The position numbers and the translations under genes are program-made. From NCBI GenBank assembly GCA_964394125.1, contig CAYMVN010000001.1:1-43883 (forward strand): a stretch of DNA of 43,883 bases, read 5' to 3'. Position 1 is the stretch's first letter. Every line of letters begins with the position of its first letter. This document shows positions 1-8,040 of this stretch, one piece after another. The notes beneath the pieces were generated by a model. That model ran no database searches. It was not told where the DNA came from and saw only the letters and a program-made list of their open reading frames with translations. The DNA is from an uncultured Pseudomonadales bacterium (GTDB lineage: Bacteria; Patescibacteriota; Microgenomatia; UBA1400; PJMF01).

Positions 1-742
1 AGTAAAAAAACAGATTAGTATCGCCGCACTCGTTCTCACTGCAGGACTCTGCTTGTTTTTTGTGCCGCCTGTTCTGGCGGAACGGCTCGAGTCTGGTTCC
101 TACGTTATTCAGTTTGGTAACTTCAATATTACTGCAGGAGAAAAGTCGAGTGCTTCATACAATGTCACTGATACTGTTGGACAAACAGGGGCCGGCCCGT
201 ATGGTCAGTACGGCGTGTCTGGCTACTTTGTTGGTGGCGGCTTTCAGTATATCTATCAAATTGACCAGTTCCGATTTCGAATTTCTAAAACACTCATTGC
301 ACTTGGATCGATGGTTCCGGATATTCACTATACTGACTCGCACACACTACAGGTAACAACTCGAGGAGCTGGTGGGTATAAAGTGTATGTTTTTGAAGAG
401 CACCCACTCCGTCATGAGAACGGACTCTACGACATCCCAAACACTACTTGTGATGGCGGAACCTGCACCTACACGACAGCCCAAACCTGGACCAATCAAT
501 CTATCCCCGGCTTTGGATTTTCGGTAACCGGCAACGACGTAGCAACTGACTTCGTGAACTCAACATACTATCGCAGCTTTGCCAACAAAGAGCTCGGTAA
601 CCCTATGCAAATTGTCATGAGCTCAACGAGTGGTGGAATCAACAGAACAGCAACAGTCACGTATAAAGCAGGTATTTCTGCGACACAAGCAGCCGGAGAC
701 TACAGTACGCCAATTGTATATGTTGCTGTACCAGGATATTAG
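1..742 (+). CDS. Secreted beta-rich surface subunit with a WxL-like or fimbrial-subunit-like C-terminal strand; 5' end at or just beyond the window edge
   Basis: The ORF track starts at an internal TTG (53). The same frame is open back to nt 2 and reads VKKQISIAALVLTAGLCLFFVPPVLA, a Sec-type signal peptide, so the real start lies at or beyond the window edge. The mature part is G/T/Y/N-rich and ends TQAAGDYSTPIVYVAVPGY. It shares ordered blocks with the C-terminal part of the 1760..3349 product: GGYKVYV/GGYSVTA, GFGFSV/GFAYTL, YRSFAN..PMQIV/FRSFAD..PQIV, and the terminal G-x-Y...aromatic strand. Confidence 0.7.
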   Translation, partial: VKKQISIAALVLTAGLCLFFVPPVLAERLESGSYVIQFGNFNITAGEKSSASYNVTDTVGQTGAGPYGQYGVSGYFVGGGFQYIYQIDQFRFRISKTLIALGSMVPDIHYTDSHTLQVTTRGAGGYKVYVFEEHPLRHENGLYDIPNTTCDGGTCTYTTAQTWTNQSIPGFGFSVTGNDVATDFVNSTYYRSFANKELGNPMQIVMSSTSGGINRTATVTYKAGISATQAAGDYSTPIVYVAVPGY

Positions 743-745
743 CGC

Positions 746-1720
746 ATGAATAAAATACTTCTCATAACACTGCTTGCAACCACATTTTTTGCACGACCAG
801 TACTTGTAGCGGCACAGGCAATTGATGCAGTAACCAGTGAGAGCAGCGAACTAGGTGTTTTTCCTGCAACAGCATTCTTAAAAATCCAACAAGGTGGCAG
901 TGCGACACATACCATTACCCTCGAGAACACCAGTGCACACACAATTCGTGTCGCTCCAAGAATTGTTGACTTTCGCAGTGACAATCGAACTGGGACGCCG
1001 CTTTTGACCGAATCAACGACATTTCAATATCTTGAGGGCATCACTGACCCAAACAAACTCGACACACTGCTCTTGCAACCAAAAGAAAAAGCTGCCCTGA
1101 AACTTGCCTTCACGATTCCTTCAAACGCACCTTCAAAAGAATACCCGCTGACTATTCTTTTTGAGACAACACCTGATGTACCACAGCCAGTGGTTGGTGC
1201 CGGAGCTGGAATTAAAACGGTTATTGGGAGTAACCTCGTTGTTCTCATCACCAATACTCAAGAAGCCCCCACCCTACTCTCAGTTTCTCAGTTGAAGACC
1301 GCCTCAGTACATGACTCATTTGCAGGTATTTCTTTTACGCCTGTTGTTAAGAATTCTTCGTTTGCTTCAAGCGTTGCTTCATCAAGTGCACAGATTAAAA
1401 ATTGGCGAGGAAAAGTTGTACAGACATTTGAAGGTATGCCTGTAGTTGTCCTTGGAGCGTCATCGAGAGAGATTCAGACACTTCCAAGTAACTCCGATAC
1501 ACCGGTTGCATTCGAGTACAAACCGTCATACCTGCTCGGTTGGTACACACTTGAGTTTACAGTTCAGACAGGACTGAGTACGGCTCCCGATTCAGTGACT
1601 GCTACTCGCATTGTTTTTGCTCTTCCTTTTGCAGTTATAGCAGTTTTATTTTCAGTAATTGCATCACTTTTATACTTTGGATACAAGAAAGGTCTCTTTA
1701 CACACTTGCGAAGTATCTAG
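746..1720 (+). CDS. Membrane-anchored cell-surface protein, DUF916/DUF3324-like (CscA-type) architecture
   Basis: The ATG lies 3 nt after the upstream stop. It has a signal peptide (MNKILLITLLATTFFARPVLVAAQA), two beta-sandwich-like halves, and a C-terminal TM helix with KKG stop-transfer (FAVIAVLFSVIASLLYFGYKKG). It is a clear paralogue of 3358..4470: LKIQQGGSATHTITLENTS vs LVISPGEKKQIKVEVINTS, LLLQPKEKAALKLAFTIP vs HTLQPRQKASITVLIDVP, IKNWRGKVV vs IKNLFGKQV. The family name comes from remembered family patterns, not a search. Confidence 0.7.
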   Translation: MNKILLITLLATTFFARPVLVAAQAIDAVTSESSELGVFPATAFLKIQQGGSATHTITLENTSAHTIRVAPRIVDFRSDNRTGTPLLTESTTFQYLEGITDPNKLDTLLLQPKEKAALKLAFTIPSNAPSKEYPLTILFETTPDVPQPVVGAGAGIKTVIGSNLVVLITNTQEAPTLLSVSQLKTASVHDSFAGISFTPVVKNSSFASSVASSSAQIKNWRGKVVQTFEGMPVVVLGASSREIQTLPSNSDTPVAFEYKPSYLLGWYTLEFTVQTGLSTAPDSVTATRIVFALPFAVIAVLFSVIASLLYFGYKKGLFTHLRSI

Positions 1721-1759
1721 GAGTCGTACTACACTGAGTCTTGTAGTTACGTTATCTAC

Positions 1760-3349
1760 ATGAAACAAACTGTCCGAACAGCTTTACTAATTAGTGTTTT
1801 TGTTGCTGCTTCGATAGTTGCTGGTAAGTTTTCTAGTAAGCAGTACTCTGCAAGTTTAACGAATGTATCCGTTACACTTTCTAACTCTCGCCCTTCTTTC
1901 CGTGGGGCACTGGGCTCAGGAAATAGCGTTAGTTCAACTATTGCCTACATCAATACCACCCCCAACGCATACCCTTCAACTGCTTCATCGCAGCTCGTAC
2001 AAGGAGATGTCGTCTCTATTGGGAACGGTGCGGCGATGACAAACTTTACCGTTGATGACTCGTACAACAACACTCTGAACCCCTTCCGGAGTGAAGATAA
2101 AGTCTACTTGAGCGCGCCACTCGGTGCTGGTCAGGCAGATTCAGGTGATGATGTTATCTCCACTCAGTCTGCGAGCCTGACAGTGAAGCTAACAACTGCC
2201 AATGCAATCGCGAACGGCCGCTTCCGAGTATTGGTGCCAGCACTTACTTCAAACACGAGTGCTGCAGATGGTCTTCCTGATAGTGGTTACTTCGACTTTA
2301 CCTCGAGTGCACCCTCAGGAACCACCGTGGTCTGCCCAGACATGCACACCACTACCTACGACTTTGACAATGCTATTGCTTCAACCGCCTCTGCCATAAC
2401 ACTAACGGGCACACTTGCGGGCGACTATCACTCTTTCGAGTGTGCTTACTCTGGCACCGGTGCAAGTGGAACCGTGTTTGATGGCACTACAAATGATCCA
2501 ATTGTTATCTCTAACCTCATCAACCCTGCCCTCATACCAAACCATCAGCAAGGTGTTGCTGATACCTACAAAGTGGTTATTCAACAGTACGATTCAAGCC
2601 TAGCTGTAGTAGACACTACAACGGTTGCTATTGGCGTCATTGAAGCCGTTAAAATCACCGCTTTAGTACAACCACAGATCAGCTTTAAGATCTTAGGTGT
2701 TGGCAGCGGAACGGACGTGTGTGGCTTGTCTACGTCAGTTTCTACTTCTGCAGCTCTTGTGCCATTTGGGGACTTGCTCCTGGGCACCTTTACCCAAGCA
2801 GCTCAGGGCTTTTCTGTTAACACCAATGCTTCTGGCGGCTACTCTGTAACTGCAATCGAGAATGATCAGCTCAGCAGAGATGGTATGGCCTGCCCCGATG
2901 GATCACTGCCGAACACTGACTGTATTCCTGATAGCCAGGGAGATGCAACCAACATTACCGACTTTGACGCTGGTGTTTGGGAAAGCACGGCAACAAAAGG
3001 ATTTGCCTATACACTCGATAACAAAAACAGCTTGAGTTCTCTCTACATGCCATTCCAACACGATACGAATACCTCAGGTACGAATACTGGTGCTGGCACC
3101 GTTGATGATGGCTCAACCTACACCTGTACTGCAAATTCCACTTCAAGTTGTTCCGGAGGCCAGCTCTGCCACTGCTTTAGAAGTTTTGCAGATACAGCCA
3201 ACTCAGAAACGCCACAGATAGTTGCAAAAGCAACGATACCAGTAGAGAATAGTAATTACTACTTATGCTATCGAGCTGTTATTTCGACTACTCAGGCATC
3301 TGGCTACTACGAAAATTATGTAACATATACAGCTACGGCTAATTTTTAA
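1760..3349 (+). CDS. Large secreted beta-rich surface protein; C-terminal domain homologous to the 1..742 product (WxL-like)
   Basis: A 529-aa ORF with an N-terminal hydrophobic signal/anchor (MKQTVRTALLISVFVAASIVAG). Composition is S/T/G/N-rich with several Cys pairs. The C-terminal ~230 aa repeats the ordered motif series of the first gene and ends TTQASGYYENYVTYTATANF. Confidence 0.7.
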   Translation: MKQTVRTALLISVFVAASIVAGKFSSKQYSASLTNVSVTLSNSRPSFRGALGSGNSVSSTIAYINTTPNAYPSTASSQLVQGDVVSIGNGAAMTNFTVDDSYNNTLNPFRSEDKVYLSAPLGAGQADSGDDVISTQSASLTVKLTTANAIANGRFRVLVPALTSNTSAADGLPDSGYFDFTSSAPSGTTVVCPDMHTTTYDFDNAIASTASAITLTGTLAGDYHSFECAYSGTGASGTVFDGTTNDPIVISNLINPALIPNHQQGVADTYKVVIQQYDSSLAVVDTTTVAIGVIEAVKITALVQPQISFKILGVGSGTDVCGLSTSVSTSAALVPFGDLLLGTFTQAAQGFSVNTNASGGYSVTAIENDQLSRDGMACPDGSLPNTDCIPDSQGDATNITDFDAGVWESTATKGFAYTLDNKNSLSSLYMPFQHDTNTSGTNTGAGTVDDGSTYTCTANSTSSCSGGQLCHCFRSFADTANSETPQIVAKATIPVENSNYYLCYRAVISTTQASGYYENYVTYTATANF

Positions 3350-3357
3350 GGATAGAC

Positions 3358-4470
3358 ATGAACACACCTGCCCGTGTATCAAGAATTATAGTTTCAAGTT
3401 TCGTTTTGGGGTCACTCCTCGTAACGCCATCTGCGTATGTTGCGCACGTTTTTGCTCAAGAGCAAACGGCTCAACCAATTCTGACATCGGAGCCGTCCCC
3501 ACCAGTTCCAGTAGCTATTCAACCTCCTTCTGTTGCTGCACAGCAGAGCCTATCCCTCACCGCGACACCACTGCGCTATGGCGATGATGACACACTCGTA
3601 ATCAGCCCTGGTGAAAAAAAGCAGATCAAAGTTGAAGTCATTAACACCAGTGATGTTCCATTAACAGTCGTTAGTACTGCACGTGACTTTATCGTTGAAG
3701 ATGGTGAAACGCCAGTTCCTCTCGAGAGTGGTGTCGGTGACAACCGGTGGAGTCTTGCTTCGTGGCTCGTACTTACCCCCAATCAGCACACGCTACAGCC
3801 TAGACAAAAAGCAAGCATTACGGTTCTGATTGATGTACCAGCAGATGCGCTCCCAGGTGGACACTATGCAATGGTGAGTCATCAGCCATCGCTATCAAGT
3901 GCAAAAGGCACAGAGGGTAAAGCAGCCGGCATCAATCAACGAGTTGGAACGCTCCTGTATGTGCGCGTTGCCGGGCCAATAAATGAGTCAGCCAACATTC
4001 GCAACTTCACCATCCCTAAGTACAGTGAGTTCGGGCCAGTGCCCTACTCTTTTACCATTGATAACCTATCTGATATTCATATTCGGCCACAGATCGGTAT
4101 TTCTATAAAGAATCTGTTTGGGAAACAAGTTGCGCTTTTGCAACCAGAAGCAAAAAACATCTTTCCACTCAGCAACCGTTCTTATTCTGGAAAGTGGGAA
4201 CAGATCTGGGGATACGGCTACTACCATGCTGACTTAGTTGTTAGTTACGGCGCGCAAGGTGATGTCGTCATTGCAAAGACAGCATTCTGGTTAATTCCAA
4301 TTAAGCTAGTGCTCGCCCTCTTTATTATGTTGCTCACTGCTGTTGCGGCAGGTATCTCAATTCGCAGACACCTCAAGCACCGCAAACAAGATCAGAATGC
4401 TCGTATTGCAGAGTTAGAGGCTAAGCTGAATGAGGCTCAAGGCCAAGATCTCAAGCAATATGAGGAGTAA
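3358..4470 (+). CDS. Membrane-anchored cell-surface protein, DUF916/DUF3324-like (CscA-type), with a charged cytoplasmic tail
   Basis: A 370-aa ORF with AAGGA 6 nt upstream of the ATG and a signal peptide. It has the pattern L.I.PGE...I.V.V.N.S....V, then DVPADALPGGHYAMV, a second beta domain, a TM helix (LVLALFIMLLTAVAAGISI), and an RRHLKHRKQ plus coiled-coil-like tail. It is a paralogue of 746..1720. Confidence 0.7.
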   Translation: MNTPARVSRIIVSSFVLGSLLVTPSAYVAHVFAQEQTAQPILTSEPSPPVPVAIQPPSVAAQQSLSLTATPLRYGDDDTLVISPGEKKQIKVEVINTSDVPLTVVSTARDFIVEDGETPVPLESGVGDNRWSLASWLVLTPNQHTLQPRQKASITVLIDVPADALPGGHYAMVSHQPSLSSAKGTEGKAAGINQRVGTLLYVRVAGPINESANIRNFTIPKYSEFGPVPYSFTIDNLSDIHIRPQIGISIKNLFGKQVALLQPEAKNIFPLSNRSYSGKWEQIWGYGYYHADLVVSYGAQGDVVIAKTAFWLIPIKLVLALFIMLLTAVAAGISIRRHLKHRKQDQNARIAELEAKLNEAQGQDLKQYEE

Positions 4471-6383
4471 TGAAACGCTTTGCACTCTACTTACTTGGCT
4501 GTTTAGTGGTACTCGCAGCACACCTTCCTGGGTTCATTATTCGAGCTGAAGATACTGGTATCTTACCTGGTGAAACCTATACTCAGCCAAAAACAAGAAC
4601 CACACAGGTAACAGCGGGTGTTCATGATAATGAGCCGCCCAGCACGCCGCTACTCATTGCTCCGGCTGATACTGCTATTCTTGCTACGAATACACCGACT
4701 TTTGTCTGGCAAGCTGCGACTGACAATATTGCGCTCAGTCACTATAGCCTCGTTCTCGATGGCACAGTGCTGTACTCGAGTATCCCACTCTCAGATACAA
4801 CAAATAGCCAGTTTACCCTCACCTACTCGAGCACAACGCATGAGTATAGCCTTGTTCCAAAAGAGGCACTTACTGAAGGTGAACACTCGTGGAGTATTAT
4901 CGCCTTCGATGTCTACGATAACCAGACAAGCTCTGTAACCTGGAAGTTTACTGTTGATACAGTTGCTCCCGTCTTTACCATTTCCACCGTCGATACACTC
5001 AAGGTCACTATCACAACGCAAGATCTCAGCACCATTCCTGAGACAGCACTGGCAGTCACCGTTGCGCAGCCGCTACTTTCAGGAACTGGAGAAGCTGGCA
5101 GCACAGTTCACCTCACGGTGCGCACGGCAAATGCTCCCGACCAAGTTTTTACCTTCACAATTGCTGCGAATGGGACTTGGGAACAAAAAATTGATACAAT
5201 TCCTAGAGATCAATTGATTCATCTTGATTTTATTATTACAGATAGCGCTGGAAACATCAGTGCGCTCGAAGATGTCCCGCTTATCCTCAAGAGTGTACAA
5301 ATTGTTATTCCGCTGCCTCCAGAGATACCGATACTTCCTCCAGAAGTAAGCATCCCGGTTATTAGTGCAGTAGAAATTAAAGAGAAGATCGTCTCAAGCA
5401 GCATTCTCTATGCGCCGCCAACTATTCAACAACTGGCCACCACCATTGGTCTAGTGCGCACTATCCCAGGCACACAAAAAATTGACTGGACGTTCCTCGC
5501 CTATATGAGCCTATGTACCCTTGGGCTCCACCTGGTGCTCAAGGTGTGTATCCTGATGCCACGATATACAGAGCTTGGCTGGTTTGGATTTTTGGATATC
5601 CTCAGGGTACTAGGTCTAGCCTGGGATGCACGACCACAAGGTATCGTTATCGACTCAAAAACACAGGGAGCAGTGCCCTTCTGCAAAATTAGTATCTCAG
5701 GGCAGCAAAAAAATAAAACACCACTGCACAAAAGCATCGTTACAAATAAACAAGGAGTCTTCTTTAAGACAGAGCTCCCTGAGGGAGAGTATGTCTATAC
5801 GGTTGTCGAAGAAGGCTTCGTCTTCCCCACTCTAACGCAACACCCACTCCACCTTGACTCAAACCAGTACTACCAAGGCAGCACCTGTACCGTGAGCGAT
5901 GATGCGCGACTCCCCGGGATAACTATTCCTGTTGATTCTTCTAGCAAGCCACGCACACCTTCACTTGCTCGGCGGATTCTGCAGAAACCGCTCCTGAACA
6001 CATCAGGAGTGGCTGTGAACTTACTTCTTGTGCTTGTAGCACCCTCACTGCTGAACGCTGCGGCTCTGAGCTTCTACTGTCTGCTCTACCTCACTGTGCT
6101 CGCACGGAGCCGGAAAAAGAAGAAACAGTACACCTTCAGTGATACACACATGTTACAGAAAGAGAACTCGGTAGTGTACCTGTACTCCCCTCAGAAAGAG
6201 CTCCTCGCTGTGCAGCAGACTTCAAAAGATGGCAGCTGTTTCTTTGAGCGACACGACACCTACACCATTGAGTACGTGGACACCACACACACCCTGCAAG
6301 AAGACCAAAGCGTAACGACAACAAGTAGTGAAGCTGAAGTGCTCCGCACCGAGCCTGCTCCCCACACCGTGAACTTCGCCTAG
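4470..6383 (+). CDS. Polytopic surface protein with N-terminal Ig-like domains and a carboxypeptidase-regulatory-like beta-sandwich
   Basis: The start overlaps the upstream stop (TAATG), suggesting translational coupling. It has a signal peptide (LLGCLVVLAAHLPGFIIRA). Ig-like repeats follow (EPPSTPLLIAPADTAILATNTPTFVWQAATDN..YSLVLDG; LSGTGEAGSTVHLTV). After two or three hydrophobic helices comes GIVIDSKTQGAVPFCKISISG...TNKQGVFFKTELPEGEYVYTV, a CarboxypepD_reg-type pattern, then further TM helices near the C-terminus. Confidence 0.6.
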   Translation: MKRFALYLLGCLVVLAAHLPGFIIRAEDTGILPGETYTQPKTRTTQVTAGVHDNEPPSTPLLIAPADTAILATNTPTFVWQAATDNIALSHYSLVLDGTVLYSSIPLSDTTNSQFTLTYSSTTHEYSLVPKEALTEGEHSWSIIAFDVYDNQTSSVTWKFTVDTVAPVFTISTVDTLKVTITTQDLSTIPETALAVTVAQPLLSGTGEAGSTVHLTVRTANAPDQVFTFTIAANGTWEQKIDTIPRDQLIHLDFIITDSAGNISALEDVPLILKSVQIVIPLPPEIPILPPEVSIPVISAVEIKEKIVSSSILYAPPTIQQLATTIGLVRTIPGTQKIDWTFLAYMSLCTLGLHLVLKVCILMPRYTELGWFGFLDILRVLGLAWDARPQGIVIDSKTQGAVPFCKISISGQQKNKTPLHKSIVTNKQGVFFKTELPEGEYVYTVVEEGFVFPTLTQHPLHLDSNQYYQGSTCTVSDDARLPGITIPVDSSSKPRTPSLARRILQKPLLNTSGVAVNLLLVLVAPSLLNAAALSFYCLLYLTVLARSRKKKKQYTFSDTHMLQKENSVVYLYSPQKELLAVQQTSKDGSCFFERHDTYTIEYVDTTHTLQEDQSVTTTSSEAEVLRTEPAPHTVNFA

Positions 6384-6752
6384 ATTCGTATTTTGTTTGC
6401 CGAATAAAATACATGCTTTTCAACATATTTCAGATAGAAAAAAGAAGTTTCGCATTCTGTTCCCGCATTACCGCACAAACAAGTATAAAATCACGCGCTA
6501 TATCTATTACCGCATGTTAAACGCATTTTATCCGCGCATCTCTAGAAACATTAATTGCAAACAGTATTTTTTATTATAACTATAACTAAAGATATATTTG
6601 TATTAAAAAGTGATCAGGGGTAAAAACACACCCGAAACTTAAAATCGATTGTCTTTTGAAAAATAATTACGTCAGTATAGATACTAGAGCACTGGAAAGT
6701 TCAATCTTTTCGTGCATTTCACATCAATTTCATTCGGCGGGCACTATAAAAC

Positions 6753-7505
6753 CTATAGTAGTAGAACTCTCCCCACTTTAGAGAGTATATTCAACGCCTC
6801 TGGCACCTCTGGAAAGTAATGTCGCAGTAAACGAGAATCCTCCCTCAAGGATCCCATCAACCGATCAACAGCAGTATATATATTTTTCTTGTCTCTCTCT
6901 ATCAATCTTTTTTTTGGTTCGATTTTGGTTAGCAGATCGTCAACTTGGTTGCTAATACCAGAGAGAGACTCTGCAACAGCATTGAGATCATAATATTTAT
7001 ATACTAGAGGCCTATCAAGTCCGACTATCCAGGTATCAACCCAAAAGAGCGCCACGTTCTCCAGATAGCGGGCTTTCACTTCACTCAAGACTGCCTCTGA
7101 AAAACCACCAGCCTTTATATAGAAGCCTCTGGCAAGCGGCAACGCTCGTTCAGCTAGTACCAGCTCACGCAGGAAGCGGAAGTTCGTATCACTTTTTGGA
7201 GCGTTCAGGAATGTCATCCCCATCCATCGACCGTCCCAATCATCGTTTAAGTAATTTACTGCCGGAAACGAGACTTTGACAGCTTCTCTGCCCTGTTCTG
7301 TAAGAAGGAAGGTGGTCTTGCCAAAAACTCTCTTCTTGAAAAGAAGCTTTTTCTTTTCTAAGAGAACAATCAGTGAACGAACTCCTGTTTCACTCAGGGT
7401 ACTCACGCAGGCTCTCAGCTCTTTCAGCTCGAGTCCTTGTTCTGCAGCAAGCTCGGTTGCAAATAAGCAGAGGAGTATTTTTTTGGTATTTATTTTCAGT
7501 GCCAT
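6753..7505 (-). CDS. PaaX-like winged-helix transcriptional regulator
   Basis: The ORF is open to 7619 (GTG). I prefer the ATG at 7505 (MALKINTKK...), which begins the winged-helix-like N-terminus (LELKELRACVSTLSETGVRSLIVLLEKKKLL). The central DWDGRWMGMTF ... FRFLRELVLAERALPLARGFYI matches the WDG(K/R)W + R..L...GF pattern of PaaX-family middle domains. The start codon is uncertain (7505, 7541 or 7619). Confidence 0.5.
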   Translation of the reverse strand: MALKINTKKILLCLFATELAAEQGLELKELRACVSTLSETGVRSLIVLLEKKKLLFKKRVFGKTTFLLTEQGREAVKVSFPAVNYLNDDWDGRWMGMTFLNAPKSDTNFRFLRELVLAERALPLARGFYIKAGGFSEAVLSEVKARYLENVALFWVDTWIVGLDRPLVYKYYDLNAVAESLSGISNQVDDLLTKIEPKKRLIERDKKNIYTAVDRLMGSLREDSRLLRHYFPEVPEALNILSKVGRVLLL

Positions 7506-7647
7506 ACTTGATGTGACGCTCCGAATACTATACGAATGCATGTATATTACTGCAAGTACTGCGAAGTTATTACCTAGTTGCAAGCCTCTCATGTTTTGCG
7601 GGTATCTAAAGATACTCACACGAATAGAAAGTTTTTACACCAAATGT

Positions 7648-7664
7648 TTACAACTTTTGTAAAA
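7648..7664. promoter_or_regulatory. Perfect 7-bp inverted repeat TTTACAA-CTT-TTGTAAA, a candidate operator
   Basis: Read directly from the sequence. It lies in the spacer between the PaaX-like gene (minus) and the giant gene (plus). Three copies of TACTCAC follow, at 7716, 7764 and 7784. Confidence 0.3.
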
Positions 7665-7934
7665 TTATTACTTTTCCAGAGGAAAAATAACATAACTTGC
7701 GATAATTCTAATTTTTACTCACTATACGCGAGATAACTACACATTTCAACACACACTTCTGCTTACTCACATACTAGTAGAAATACTCACTTTTTTCTTT
7801 TGAAACAAAAACAGAGACTCCTTTTGATACTCTTTTATATTCATGAAAGGCGTGAATAAAAATTCTTTTGTTGCAGTCTCACCAGAGGTGAGCAAAGATC
7901 GCCCAACGGCGTCTTTTTGACCAGTTCTGACTTC

Positions 7935-7964
7935 TTGACTTGGCCTTGAGAAAAATCATACACT
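7935..7964 (+). promoter_or_regulatory. Candidate sigma70-type promoter for the giant gene (TTGACT-18-TACACT)
   Basis: TTGACT at 7935..7940 and TACACT at 7959..7964. The same ATACACTG -10 context recurs upstream of the pilin operon. A 6-bp hairpin GTCTAA/TTAGAC (approx. 7987..8010) lies in the predicted leader. An alternative extended -10, TGCAATAAT, is at 8021..8029. Confidence 0.25.
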
Positions 7965-8040
7965 GATGGCTGTACAAGAAAAAATAGTCTAACGAATCTG
8001 GATTAGACACAAAAAATACTTTGCAATAATTGAGAAACCC

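Noticed and set aside
6397-6579. A 60-aa ORF in the AT-rich spacer downstream of 4470..6383.
   Set aside because: Its low-complexity, Y/R/K/I-rich composition is typical of AT-rich non-coding DNA. It has no RBS or promoter and sits between two convergent genes.
6384-6752. A possible small RNA or terminators in the convergent spacer: AT hairpin GTATTTT/AAAATAC at ~6388..6412, GGGT/ACCC at ~6617..6632, and an ATTACCGCA direct repeat.
   Set aside because: The stems are short and AT-rich, with no convincing U-tracts. No promoter-terminator pair comparable to the one at 27348..27860 could be assembled. The repeat is noted under the regulator finding only.
7276-7662. A 128-aa plus-strand ORF antisense to the PaaX-like gene.
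   Set aside because: It is a shadow ORF with an S/L/F-rich composition and no family motifs. The minus-strand frame has recognisable winged-helix and WDGRW motifs.
7844-7921. A 25-codon ORF (MKGVNKNSFVAVSPEVSKDRPTASF) followed by a small GC hairpin plus T5, which could be a leader peptide or attenuator upstream of the giant gene.
   Set aside because: There is no SD, no codon pattern suggestive of attenuation, and the hairpin is only 4-6 bp. I cannot distinguish it from chance.
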